From: an uncultured Rickettsiales bacterium
GTDB lineage: Bacteria > Pseudomonadota > Alphaproteobacteria > Rickettsiales > UBA1997
Direction: 5' to 3'
NCBI GenBank assembly: GCA_905478165.1
Contig: CAJQHK010000002.1
Span: 3,840 to 67,839 of the forward strand
DNA: 64,000 nt
This document shows, piece after piece, positions 10,687-20,756 of this stretch. Below the pieces are notes generated by a model that was not told where the DNA came from, ran no database searches, and saw only the letters and a program-made list of their open reading frames with translations. Made by a program: the position numbers and the translations under genes. Every line of letters starts with the position of its first letter. Positions within the stretch are counted from its first letter, which is position 1.

Positions 10687-11178
10687 ATGTCTTTTCACTT
10701 CAATAAGGAGAATTTAAAAAAATCAAAAGAAATAATATCAAAATATCCTAAAGAAAGGTTAAAATCTGCTATTATGCCTCTACTGGATTTGTCTCAAAGA
10801 CAAAATAATAATTATATATCGAAGGATATTATTGAATATCTATCTGAATTATTAGAATTGCCGGTAATACATATTTACGAGGTTGCTAGTTTTTATTCAA
10901 TGTACAATTTAGAACCTACTGGTAAATATCTAATTCAAATTTGTGGTACTACACCATGCATGCTTCGTGGGTCAAAAAACATTACGAAATCCATAAAAAA
11001 ACATCTTAAAATTGATATAAACGAAACCACTAAAGATAAAATATTTACTTTGAAAGAAGTGGAGTGTTTAGGTGCTTGCGTGAATGCACCAATAATTCAG
11101 GTAAATGATGATTATTACGAAGATCTAGATGAAAATAAAGTCATAAAAATATTAAAAGAATTAAAAAATATTACTTAG
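10687..11178 (+). CDS. nuoE: NADH-quinone oxidoreductase subunit E (24-kDa 2Fe-2S subunit)
   Basis: 163 aa. Cys pattern ICGTTPC...ECLGACVNAP is typical of NuoE. Confidence 0.9.
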   Translation: MSFHFNKENLKKSKEIISKYPKERLKSAIMPLLDLSQRQNNNYISKDIIEYLSELLELPVIHIYEVASFYSMYNLEPTGKYLIQICGTTPCMLRGSKNITKSIKKHLKIDINETTKDKIFTLKEVECLGACVNAPIIQVNDDYYEDLDENKVIKILKELKNIT

Positions 11179-11184
11179 CCTCTA

Positions 11185-12225
11185 TTAAAAACTATTTTTA
11201 TAATTTCTTACCAAATTAACTACATACTCGACATTTTCTACAGGAGTGTCTTTTAAAATACCATGACCTAGGTTAAAAACAAAACTTTCACCATTAAAAC
11301 TATCTAGAATATCAAGAACCTCATTCTTAATCTCTTCCCTTGATCCATAACAAAGTAATATATTATCTAAATTACCTTGAATAACCTTGTTATATTTTTT
11401 CTGAATATTATTTTTAACCCATATTTTAGGTAGATTTTGATCAATTGCTAAACATTCAAAATTTATATTTTGACAGATATTTTGATTCAAGACTCCAGCA
11501 TTCTTAGTAAATAAAATAACAGGAATATCTGGGTATAACTCTTTTATTCTTTTAATTATTTTTTTATTAGGCTCTAAAACCCACTTATTAAACTGATTCT
11601 CCGGCAATATACCAGCCCAAGAGTCAAAAAGCTTAACAATCTCAACCCCAGCTTTAATCTGAAAAGATAAATAAGTGACTATGGACTCTATTAATATGTT
11701 TATTAATTTTTGAAAAAAATCTTCTTCCTTGATGGCTATAGATCTAATTTTTTCAAAATTTTTAGAAGAACCTCCTTCAACAATATAAGTAGCAATAGTC
11801 CAAGGAGATCCACTAAAACCTATAAGATTGGTTTCTTTAGGTTTCTTTGATTTAACGATATCTATAGTTTCAAAAACCGGATTTAAATAATTCTCAATAT
11901 TGTTAAAATCAAGACTATCTAACTCTTTTTTTTCTGTAATTGGTTGTAATTTTGGACCATGATTTTTAATAAACTCTGTTTTTATACCTAATGCGTCTGG
12001 AATTACTAATATATCAGAAAATAAAATTGCTCCATCGAGATTAAATCTGTCTATTGGTTGTAGAGTTATTTTTGCTGCTAATTTGGGATTGTAACAAAGA
12101 TCTAGAAAGTTTTCTTTTTTTAATCTAATTTCTCTATATTCTGGTAAATACCTTCCAGCTTGTCTCATGAACCATATTGGAGGAGTTGAGAATTTTTCTT
12201 TTTTTAAAGTTTTTAATAATTTCAA
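11185..12225 (-). CDS. hemE: uroporphyrinogen decarboxylase
   Basis: 346 aa. N-terminal PPIWFMRQAGRYLPEY signature. Confidence 0.95.
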   Translation of the reverse strand: MKLLKTLKKEKFSTPPIWFMRQAGRYLPEYREIRLKKENFLDLCYNPKLAAKITLQPIDRFNLDGAILFSDILVIPDALGIKTEFIKNHGPKLQPITEKKELDSLDFNNIENYLNPVFETIDIVKSKKPKETNLIGFSGSPWTIATYIVEGGSSKNFEKIRSIAIKEEDFFQKLINILIESIVTYLSFQIKAGVEIVKLFDSWAGILPENQFNKWVLEPNKKIIKRIKELYPDIPVILFTKNAGVLNQNICQNINFECLAIDQNLPKIWVKNNIQKKYNKVIQGNLDNILLCYGSREEIKNEVLDILDSFNGESFVFNLGHGILKDTPVENVEYVVNLVRNYKNSF

Positions 12226-12715
12226 AATATATATTTATATTAATTGTAGTAATAAGGAGGTGTCTTAAGTTCATAATAATAATTTAACAAATTTATTAAC
12301 AATAACATATTCTTACTAAGCCTTACTGTAATTACTACTTTTTCACCTCCAAGTAAGATTGTAATTTTTTTTTAAATTTTATCAATAGTTAATAAAATCA
12401 TTGGTAATATGTTTGTATTTTTTAGTATCTATTTATTTTACGCGAGTTGTTAATAGGTAATACTTTATTAACAACTTATTAACATTTTTTCTTGACGAAT
12501 AAAAAACAAGGCTTAGATTGAATTCTGTTTTTATCGTTTCTTATATTAAGTTTTGAAGCGGTATATTTTGATGTTCAGATGTCATATAAGGATTGTTAAG
12601 ATAAAAATTATATCTTTTTCTATATATTACCTACCTTAGTTTTTCATAAAAGCTGAAAATAAACTATAAACATTTACTTTTAAGGTAATTTCTTCATTTT
12701 ATTTCATTTATCAAT
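12226..12715. other. Candidate chromosomal replication origin / complex regulatory spacer between divergent hemE and rho
   Basis: 490-bp very AT-rich spacer upstream of hemE. It has TTAA-N7-TTAAC at 12468-12483, a 10-bp inverted repeat at 12446-12455/12466-12475, and five 7/9 matches to the DnaA box TTATCCACA. See finding. Confidence 0.3.
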
Positions 12716-14113
12716 ATGACCATAATTAAAACTACATCTTCTACTAATGGTAGAAGGTTTTTAAAAACTAACAAAGAAGTTAGTGATAACAATTCTACTC
12801 AGGAAGAGTTTAATTCTAAAGATAGTGACCAAACTTGTAAAGAGGTGGAAACTTTAGAACTAAAAACTCTTAAAGCTAATAGTGTTGAAGAAATTTTAGA
12901 ACTAGCTAAGACATATAATGTTGAAAATGTCAGTGACCTTGGGAAGCAAGAAGTAATTTACCAAATTTTAAAGAGTTTTTCTATGAAAAACTATAATAAC
13001 ATTGTTGTAGGTGAGGGGGTTTTAGAAATTTTAACTGATGGTTTTGGATTCTTAAGAACTAACGAAACTAATTACCAACAAGGTTCAGACGATATATATG
13101 TCTCTCCCAATCAAATTAAGAGATTTGGACTTAGAACTGGTGATGTTGTTACTGGACAAGTTAGGGCTCCAAAAAAAGGTGAAAGATATTTTGCTTTACT
13201 GAAGGTAGAAAAAATTAATCATGGAGATGTCAGTTTAGCTAAAAATAGAGTTTTATTTGATGATTTAACACCATTATATCCTAATGAAAGGTTGGTCTTG
13301 GAAAATGATATTAAGGCTAACGCCTTAAGTTCAAGATTGATTGACTTAACTTCTCCACTTGGTAAGGGACAAAGAGCTCTTATTGTCGCTCCACCTAGGA
13401 CTGGTAAGACATTTTTAATGCAAAATATTGCTAGATCAATTACTACGAATCACCCGGAGGTAACTTTAATAGTCTTATTAATTGATGAGAGACCGGAAGA
13501 AGTTACTGATATGAGGAGATCTGTAAAGGGTGAGGTTGTTAGTTCGACTTTTGATGAGTCCGCTATAAGGCATGTGCAATTAGCAGAGATGGTAATAGAA
13601 AAAGCCAAAAGATTAGTTGAAATGAAGAAGGATGTTGTTATTTTACTTGATTCAATTACAAGATTGGCAAGAGCTTACAATACTATAGTTCCCTCTTCTG
13701 GTAAAGTTTTAACTGGCGGTGTTGATGCTAACGCTTTGCAAAAGCCGAAAAGGTTCTTTGGTGCAGCAAGAAATATTGAACAAGGAGGATCATTAACAAT
13801 TATTGGTACAGCTTTAATTGATACTGGATCAAGAATGGACGAGGTTATTTTTGAAGAATTTAAGGGTACTGGTAATTCGGAAATCGTTCTTGATCGTAAA
13901 TTATCTGATAAAAGGATTTATCCAGCGATTGATGTTACTAAATCTGGAACAAGAAGGGAGGATTTATTGATGGACAAGGCGACACTTTCAAAAACTTGGA
14001 TGATAAGGAAAATCATAGGATCTATGAATTCTGTTGAAGCTATGGAATTTTTGCTAGAAAAGATAAAAAATACTAAAGATAATAAAGAATTTTTTACCTC
14101 CATGAATATGTAA
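12716..14113 (+). CDS. rho: transcription termination factor Rho (with ~45-aa N-terminal extension)
   Basis: 465 aa. Rho N-terminal domain, RNA-binding CSD-like region and Walker A PPRTGKT. The first ~45 residues are hydrophilic and have no E. coli counterpart. Confidence 0.96.
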   Translation: MTIIKTTSSTNGRRFLKTNKEVSDNNSTQEEFNSKDSDQTCKEVETLELKTLKANSVEEILELAKTYNVENVSDLGKQEVIYQILKSFSMKNYNNIVVGEGVLEILTDGFGFLRTNETNYQQGSDDIYVSPNQIKRFGLRTGDVVTGQVRAPKKGERYFALLKVEKINHGDVSLAKNRVLFDDLTPLYPNERLVLENDIKANALSSRLIDLTSPLGKGQRALIVAPPRTGKTFLMQNIARSITTNHPEVTLIVLLIDERPEEVTDMRRSVKGEVVSSTFDESAIRHVQLAEMVIEKAKRLVEMKKDVVILLDSITRLARAYNTIVPSSGKVLTGGVDANALQKPKRFFGAARNIEQGGSLTIIGTALIDTGSRMDEVIFEEFKGTGNSEIVLDRKLSDKRIYPAIDVTKSGTRREDLLMDKATLSKTWMIRKIIGSMNSVEAMEFLLEKIKNTKDNKEFFTSMNM

Positions 14114-14189
14114 GAATAGTTATTTATCTTTAATATATTTACCAACTACTTAATAAGTGTTATAAAGTTTAAAAATAAAAAATATTCCA

Positions 14190-14687
14190 CTATAAATCTC
14201 GTAAGTTATTTTTATTATATTGAACAATAATAAAGTTAATAAAGGTGTAAATAATAATTGACATAATAAACTCCGTTATAAAATTATATATATTGTAAAA
14301 TTGTAGGTTTTGAATTGATAAAAATCCTAACTTAAGTAAGGAAAATACTCCTAAAAACAATCCGAATTGAATAATATTTTTTTTAAAATTATTAATATTT
14401 TTTTCTTGGTAATTGAAGAATAAAAACACTTTAATTAATAATATATATATCAGGGATGAAAGGCCAATTGAGGTGTTATTTAAAGAATCTACCAAAACCC
14501 CTATAATAAAAATAAACCAAATTGGAAGAATACCAACTCTGTATATAGTAAAGAAGAAGATAAGCATTATATCAAGATTAGGTACTAACCTGATATTGTT
14601 AGTGATATAAATATTATCTATATTTAATATTGTAAAAAATATAACTAACAACTTTAATGATATATTTTTATAGAACGATCTTTGCAT
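14190..14687 (-). CDS. integral membrane protein, MreD-like
   Basis: 165 aa with 4-5 TM helices. The segment IIGVLVDSLNNTSIGLSSL resembles the MreD G..D....G motif. No mreBC lies adjacent. Confidence 0.4.
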   Translation of the reverse strand: MQRSFYKNISLKLLVIFFTILNIDNIYITNNIRLVPNLDIMLIFFFTIYRVGILPIWFIFIIGVLVDSLNNTSIGLSSLIYILLIKVFLFFNYQEKNINNFKKNIIQFGLFLGVFSLLKLGFLSIQNLQFYNIYNFITEFIMSIIIYTFINFIIVQYNKNNLRDL

Positions 14688-14760
14688 GTAATTATAATTA
14701 TAATTATAATATTAATTTATTTTTCATTATAATAAAACTTTTTTTTAAATCAAAAATATT

Positions 14761-16089
14761 ATGAACACTAAAGTTAATTTAACCCCAAAAGAAATAGTTG
14801 CAGAATTAAATAAGTATATAGTTGGTCAAGATTTAGCTAAAAAATCTGTTGCCACAGCTCTTAGAAATAGATATAGAAGGAAAGAAGTAGGTAACCCCCT
14901 TAAAGAAGAAATTGTTCCAAAGAATATTCTTGCAATTGGTCCGACTGGAGTTGGTAAAACTGAGATTGCCAGAAGATTAGCAAAACTGGTTGAAGCCCCA
15001 TTTATTAAGGTTGAGGCTACAAAGTTTACTGAAGTTGGTTATGTTGGTCGTGACGTTGAGTCAATAATTAGAGATCTTGTAGAAATTGCTATCAATCAAG
15101 TTAGTAATAAAAAGAGAGAGGAGGTTCAAGAGAAAGCTAAAGAAAAAACTAAAGAAATTATTTTAAATATTTTAATTGGTAAAGAGTCTTCGAAAGAAAC
15201 TAGGGAAAAGTTTGAGAAATTATTAGAAACAGATTACCTTGATGATAAGGAAATAGAAGTTGAAGTTAAGGAGAGTTATAATTCTTCACCATTCTCTTCG
15301 AGTTTTGACGTTCCTGGGGGTCAAGCTAGTATGATAAATATTAGTGATATGATTGGAAAAGCAATTGGGGGCGATAAAAAGAAAAAGATTAAATTAAAAG
15401 TTGCTGATGCTAAAAAGATTTTAGTGGATGAGGAGTCAGAAGATTTAATTGATAAAGACGATATTACTAGAATTTCTGTTGATTTAGTGGAAAATGAGGC
15501 AATTGTCTTTATTGATGAGTTTGATAAAATTTGTGCTAAAAGTGTAAATAGAGGTAGTGGAGATGTTTCTAGAGAAGGCGTACAAAGAGACTTACTTCCT
15601 CTTGTTGAAGGAACTTCTGTGAGTACAAAATATGGTATAATAAAAACGGATCATATTCTGTTTATTGCATCGGGCGCTTTTCATACTGCTAAACCATCAG
15701 ATTTACTTCCTGAATTACAGGGTAGGTTTCCAATTAGGGTTGAGTTACAACCCTTAACAGAAAAAGATTTAGTTAGAATATTGGTTGAGCCAGAATGTAG
15801 TTTAGTAAAACAATACATTGCTTTAATGAGGGTTGAAAATGTTGAGTTAAATTTTACCGATAGTGGTGTAAAGCAAGTTGCCAAAATGGCTTATAAATTA
15901 AATTCTGAAGTAGAAAATATAGGAGCTAGAAGATTATATACCTTACTTGAAAAAATTTTAGAAGATATAAGTTTTGAAAACTGTAATTGTAAAGAGGTTG
16001 TTAAAATTAAAATAGATCAAAAGTTTGTTGATAAATCTTTAAAAGATTTGATAGGGGGTAAGATAGATTTATCTAGATTTATTCTTTAG
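14761..16089 (+). CDS. hslU: ATP-dependent protease ATPase subunit HslU
   Basis: 442 aa. Walker [17 protein letters not shown]-domain insertion and C-terminal ..DLSRFIL. Confidence 0.96.
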   Translation: MNTKVNLTPKEIVAELNKYIVGQDLAKKSVATALRNRYRRKEVGNPLKEEIVPKNILAIGPTGVGKTEIARRLAKLVEAPFIKVEATKFTEVGYVGRDVESIIRDLVEIAINQVSNKKREEVQEKAKEKTKEIILNILIGKESSKETREKFEKLLETDYLDDKEIEVEVKESYNSSPFSSSFDVPGGQASMINISDMIGKAIGGDKKKKIKLKVADAKKILVDEESEDLIDKDDITRISVDLVENEAIVFIDEFDKICAKSVNRGSGDVSREGVQRDLLPLVEGTSVSTKYGIIKTDHILFIASGAFHTAKPSDLLPELQGRFPIRVELQPLTEKDLVRILVEPECSLVKQYIALMRVENVELNFTDSGVKQVAKMAYKLNSEVENIGARRLYTLLEKILEDISFENCNCKEVVKIKIDQKFVDKSLKDLIGGKIDLSRFIL

Positions 16090-16197
16090 AAATTAATTAT
16101 AGATCTTCCTTTTTATTTTTTTACCTAAGAATCTTAAAAAACCATTTCTCATTATTTTAAATTGAAAATAATAATTACTATTGTTATATTGATGTTT

Positions 16198-16566
16198 GAA
16201 GGGTGGGTAGTCGCTTATTTTTTAATAAGAGGAAAGTCCGGACTCCTAAAGGGAAAATGCCAGCTAACAGCTGGGCATTAAAAATAGTTTATTCTATCGA
16301 TAATGACGGAAAGTGCCACAGAAAATATACCGCCATCTTAATGGTAAGGGTGAAAATGTGAGGTAAGAGCTCACATATATTATTGGTAACAGTAATGTAG
16401 GTAAACCCCATTTGGAGCAAAACCAAATAGAGACATGCGTATACCCTTTTGCATATCATGTCTGGGTAGGTTGCTTGAGGTTGTTGGTGACAGCAATCCT
16501 AGATGAATGGCTATCACTGATTATTTTTTATTTTCAGTACAGAATCCGGCTTATAGCCCTTCTTTA
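16198..16566 (+). ncRNA. rnpB: RNase P RNA, bacterial type A
   Basis: Universally conserved blocks are present: GAGGAAAGTCCGGACTCC, GGTAAGGGTGAAA, AGATGAATGGCTATCAC, ACAGAATCCGGCTTATAG. P1 pairs GAAGGG.. with ..CCCTTC. Ends are approximate (+/-5 nt). Confidence 0.92.
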
Positions 16567-16664
16567 TCTCGTCAAAACTTATTCCTTATAAGAAGGTTTT
16601 TGACTCACTTTTAATAAGAAATTTTTTGTTAAAAGTGTAGTTGAGTTTTAACAACCAGCGCTTC

Positions 16665-17450
16665 TCAATTAGCAACGTCTAACTGAATCGTAAAAACCTC
16701 TTCTTCAACTGTGTGATTAAATTTTTCAGAAAAATATTTTATATCAAGAAATTGAACATCCCTTCCTAATGTTTGAATTTTAATGTACTCCTGATTATCA
16801 TTGATAATCTTTTTAAGTTCATCGCTACAAGAGATTTTAATGTTAATGTGGTCAGAAATATTAAAATCTTTTTCTTTTCTGTCTTGCTGAATCAGTCTTA
16901 CTATATCTCTAGAAATACCTTCACTTTTTAGTTCTTTTGTTACGTTTAAATCTAATTCAATAAGACAGTTATTACTTGAGAGTGGAAAGGTTTTTTCTGG
17001 GTCTTTAGGGGTTAGTTTAATTTCAAAATCATCTTTTGATAAAATTTCATTGGCAATTTTGATGTCACCATTTTTTAACTTAGTCCACTCATTATTTTTG
17101 GCGGCGCTTGATATTTCTTTTGTTTTTTTTCCAAATTTAATGCCAATTATTTTGAAATTTAGTTGTAACTTAAACTCTGCAAGTTCGGAAATGTTGTCGT
17201 TAAGTTCTATATTTTTAACATTAACTTCGTCTTTAATGATATTTTTAAAGTCAGATATGTCTTGAGATTTTTTGCTAATAATTTTTAAATTAGATAGAGG
17301 TAGCCTAACTCTTAACTTATGTTTATCTCTAATAAAAAGCGCTGTAGAACATATGTTTCTAACTAGGTCCATATTTTCAACCAACTTCTTATCTGACTTA
17401 ATAAAAGATAGGTTTGGAACTCTTTGTAAATGTACTGATTTATTATTCAT
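16665..17450 (-). pseudogene. ileS: isoleucyl-tRNA synthetase (type 2), free-standing C-terminal ~260-aa fragment
   Basis: The 261-aa ORF starts at ..KSVHLQRVP.. It carries DEVNVKNIEL, LDLNVTKELKSEGISRDIVRLIQQDRKEKDFNISDHINI and EYIKIQTL, which match the C-terminal region of type-2 IleRS. The catalytic, editing and anticodon-binding parts are absent, and the purM stop is only 67 nt upstream. Confidence 0.6.
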
Positions 17451-17517
17451 GGTTATTTGTAAATATATTTTAGGATCGCTGAAGTTTGTGATTCTTTTTG
17501 ATATTTTTCTATTTCCC

Positions 17518-18513
17518 TTAATTAACTATTCCAATTTTTGTTATTTTCTCACCCTCATTAGTTAATATTTTTGTAAGTTCTTTTACATCCTTTTTTTCAC
17601 AGATGGCAACCATACCAATACCACAATTAAATACTTTTTGCATCTCTTTTTCAGAAATACCACCTTTTTCTTGTAAAAACTGAAATATTTTTGGCCTCTT
17701 CCAGGAGAAAAAATCAATATCAATTGAGTGGTTTTTCGGAATAATTCTCATAATATTGTCAACTAATCCGCCGCCAGTAATATGGGCAAAAGCTTTAATT
17801 TTGTTGGTTTTTGCTGCTTTTAAGCATGACTTAACATAAATTCTAGTTTCTTTTAAGAGAACTTCTCCAATTGACTGTCCATTGTCAAAATTTTCTGATA
17901 AATTAATATTTTGATCAGAAATAATTTTATTAACCAGTGAAAATCCGTTAGAGTGAACGCCATTAGATGCCATTCCTAAGATGACGTCGCCATGATTGAT
18001 ATTGTTTTTTGGTAAAAGGTCTTCTTTTTCAGCGGCGCCAACACAAAATCCAGCTAAATCATAGTCACCATCTTTATAGACCGCTGGCATTTCTGCTGTT
18101 TCGCCGCCAATTAAGGCGCAATTTGCTTGTTTACAGCCATTAACTACTCCTTTAATAATTTCTTGACCAATATCAAGAGATAGTTTGTTACAAGAGAAAT
18201 AATCTAGAAAAAATAAAGGTTCGGCATTTTGAACTATTAAGTCATTAACCGACATAGCTACCAAGTCAATTCCGATAGTGTCATATTTATTGAGTTTTTG
18301 TGTTAATTTTACCTTGGTTCCAACCCCATCATTGCAAGAGACTAATATTGGATTTTTATAGCCACACTTTTGTAGGTCAAATAGACCGCCAAAACCTCCA
18401 ATATCTGGGCTTGATCCTGCTCTAGAAGTGCTTTTAACTAGAGATTTAATATTATTAACAAATTGGTTGCCCTTATCAATATCTACTCCTGATTTTTTGT
18501 AATTTTCGCTCAC
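17518..18513 (-). CDS. purM: phosphoribosylformylglycinamidine cyclo-ligase (AIR synthetase)
   Basis: 331 aa. SGVDIDKGN, DGVGTK and GGETAEMP motifs. Confidence 0.95.
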   Translation of the reverse strand: MSENYKKSGVDIDKGNQFVNNIKSLVKSTSRAGSSPDIGGFGGLFDLQKCGYKNPILVSCNDGVGTKVKLTQKLNKYDTIGIDLVAMSVNDLIVQNAEPLFFLDYFSCNKLSLDIGQEIIKGVVNGCKQANCALIGGETAEMPAVYKDGDYDLAGFCVGAAEKEDLLPKNNINHGDVILGMASNGVHSNGFSLVNKIISDQNINLSENFDNGQSIGEVLLKETRIYVKSCLKAAKTNKIKAFAHITGGGLVDNIMRIIPKNHSIDIDFFSWKRPKIFQFLQEKGGISEKEMQKVFNCGIGMVAICEKKDVKELTKILTNEGEKITKIGIVN

Positions 18514-18650
18514 TGTTATTTTGTCGTTATATTATAACCCTAAAAACGGCAAAAATTAATTTTAACTGCTGTTTTTTTGGGTGGTGCTAAGTTGTATTTT
18601 ATGTTTAATAAAATTAATTATCAATTATTGATCTTACAACGCTTTGCGCT

Positions 18651-18699
18651 TGTAACGCATTATATAGTAAAGTACTTTAAGGTTAAAATTGTCAAAAAA
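18651..18699 (-). repeat. Intergenic repeat family 1, copy A (promoter-like, oriented toward purM)
   Basis: Minus-strand reading is TTTTTTGACAATTTTAACCTTAAAGTACTTTACTATATAATGCGTTACA. Confidence 0.6.
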
Positions 18700-18932
18700 C
18701 TTCACCCCCACTAGCGCAGGCAGGAATTTTTTAATAATTTATGAATAAAATATTTTGAAAAAAACTGCCTTAAAGCCAGAAAAAGGCGTTAATTTAATAA
18801 TTGCCTATTAAAAAACCGTTATTAGAATGGTTTTCGTTATATTTAGAGTTAAGTAAGTTTAATACATTGTTTTATATTGACGGTATTTTATATTTCCCTC
18901 CAAATTTCTTATTAATTTAAATTTTTAAAAGC

Positions 18933-19136
18933 ATGGCTACAGGTAAAATTAAATGGTTTAATCCAACCAAAGGATACGGGTTTATAGTTCCTGATGAAGG
19001 GGGGGTAGATATTTTTCTTCATATTAGTAATTTAGGTGACGAAGATGCTCATTCTATAGAAGAGGATCAAGCAATTTCTTATGAAGTTGAAGATAATAGA
19101 GGTAAAAAATCAGCTGTTAACGTAAAGTTAGGCTAG
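18933..19136 (+). CDS. cspA: cold-shock protein (CspA family)
   Basis: 67 aa. RNP-1 KGYGFI and RNP-2-like motifs. Confidence 0.93.
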   Translation: MATGKIKWFNPTKGYGFIVPDEGGVDIFLHISNLGDEDAHSIEEDQAISYEVEDNRGKKSAVNVKLG

Positions 19137-19223
19137 TTTTTTTACAAAAATTAATTCTTTTTGAGAATTAAAGGCGCGCCACTTTGGTAGAAGTTTAATC
19201 TTAGATATTAATTTTCTAACATT

Positions 19224-19583
19224 ATGTCTAATTACGACCGGAATAATGTTTTTGCAAAAATAGTTCGGGGAGAAATTCCTTCTACCAAGATCTACGAGGA
19301 TAAAGAAATTTTAGCTTTCGAGGATGTAAATAAAGTGGCGCCAGTTCATATTTTGGTCATTCCTAAGGGTGAATTTGTTTCATTTTCAGATTTTGCTTCA
19401 AAGGTTGGGCCTACTAAGGTTGGCAACTTTTTTATAAAGGTGGCTGAAATTGCTTCTGACCAAGATCTCAATGATTCTGGATATCGGTTAATTACTAATA
19501 ATGGTAGAGAGGCCGGTCAGACAGTTTTTCATTTTCATGTTCACATTATTGGAAGAAAAAAAATGAACGAATTGCTACCCTAA
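19224..19583 (+). CDS. HIT-family (histidine triad) nucleotide-binding protein
   Basis: 119 aa with histidine triad HFHVHII. Confidence 0.9.
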   Translation: MSNYDRNNVFAKIVRGEIPSTKIYEDKEILAFEDVNKVAPVHILVIPKGEFVSFSDFASKVGPTKVGNFFIKVAEIASDQDLNDSGYRLITNNGREAGQTVFHFHVHIIGRKKMNELLP

Positions 19584-19634
19584 AACTTAAATAACCTGTC
19601 AACAACTTTGTTAGTACTAAGTTTAGGTAGATTT

Positions 19635-20215
19635 TAAAGATTTTATAATTTGGGACTGTCCCAATCATTGCGTTTTATTTGCCACTCTCTGGTCAATATC
19701 CGAACATTCCTACGGGGTATTTTTGTAGATTCTGAACCTCGAAGTCTTTTATTACTATAAATATACAATCTAAAAGTCTAGATTCTTTTTCGAATGAGTT
19801 TTCGTTCTCTGTTGCGGCTCTTATTTTTTTTGTTGAGATTCTCTATTTGATTGGTGGTATAGATCGTTCTCCTTATCTCTTTTGGGAATTGGCATAACTC
19901 TATGGCTAGCTCATTTACTTGAATTCGTCCTTTGTTTAATAGTTCAATGGTAAGTGGCTTGAATTCTCCATTCCTAGTTCTGGGAATGTTTATTGTTAGG
20001 TTGTTTCTAGAAAGTGACGAAAAGCTTCTATTGTAATATCCATTACCCTTATCATCCTCTTCTTCTATTCCCTTTAGATATTCTTATCTTTCTAAGGTCA
20101 TTAAGGATTCCATTACTGCTATGGAGAATTGATCCATATTCATAGAGTCTTGAACATTAAATAAGTTTAATATTGAGGCTTCTATTACCTTACTACATTG
20201 AGTTATTTTTGTATT
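19635..20215 (-). mobile_element. IS256-family transposase remnant, internally deleted, with stops and frameshifts
   Basis: Minus-strand translation is ..DDKGNGYYNRSFSSLSRNNLTINIPRTRNGEFKPLTIELL..QFPKEIRRTIYTTNQIENLNKK.., then frameshifted ..IRAATENENSFEKESRLLDCIFIV... The N-terminal NGYY.R..L.IPR.R.GEF block is joined almost directly to the C-terminal IYTTN.IE.LN block, so the central DDE region is missing. Confidence 0.6.
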
Positions 20216-20677
20216 TTTTTATAATTTATGTTTTTTAAAATTAAAAATTATTATTTAAAATAGTTAGATATTTATTCTAAATAATCTATTAAAAAACATA
20301 ATGGAAAGGATGCGCCCCTGCAATCCATTATTAGCCCAAAACGAGGGAGTGTGCAATTATAGACCCTACCTATAACGTTGTCAGTTGTGGTTGTGACCGC
20401 TAACCACAAAAGTCTACAGGATTTTTTGGTTATATAATGTATGTAATGGTTATCAGTATTTTTTGTCTCGGGCTGTTAATAAGCGCTATAATGTGGGTAC
20501 CACTCCGGACTCTTGATCTAGTTTTGTTATATAAATTGCCTAGAAAGGTATTTTCCTTGGCGGTAGGAAGTAAAAATGAATTTCAATTAAATATTTTATA
20601 AACTCCCTTGTGTTGCCATGTATGCTTATTAGGGATTTTAGTAAATATGTAAGTGTTTATATTGGTAGTCTTAAATT

Positions 20678-20753
20678 TGGTGGAGATAAGGAGATTCGAA
20701 CTCCTGACCTCCTGCGTGCAAAGCAGGCGCTCTACCAACTGAGCTATATCCCC
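20678..20753 (-). tRNA. tRNA-Ala (anticodon UGC), CCA encoded
   Basis: Minus strand reads GGGGATATAGCTCAGTTGGTAGAGCGCCTGCTTTGCACGCAGGAGGTCAGGAGTTCGAATCTCCTTATCTCCACCA. It folds as a full cloverleaf and has the G3:U70 identity pair. Confidence 0.95.
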
Positions 20754-20756
20754 ATT

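Noticed and set aside
14691-14712. An (ATTATA)n microsatellite upstream of hslU as a CRISPR-like or phase-variation repeat.
   Set aside because: There are only about 3.5 units, in AT-rich DNA and with no spacers. No CRISPR array exists anywhere in the window.
20280-20680. A structured ncRNA (6S, tmRNA or intron) in the relatively GC-richer stretch between the IS256 remnant and tRNA-Ala.
   Set aside because: There is no tmRNA T-arm or tag frame, no group II domain V, and no 6S-like long bulged helix that I could fold by eye. It is more likely the degraded outer end of the IS256-type element.
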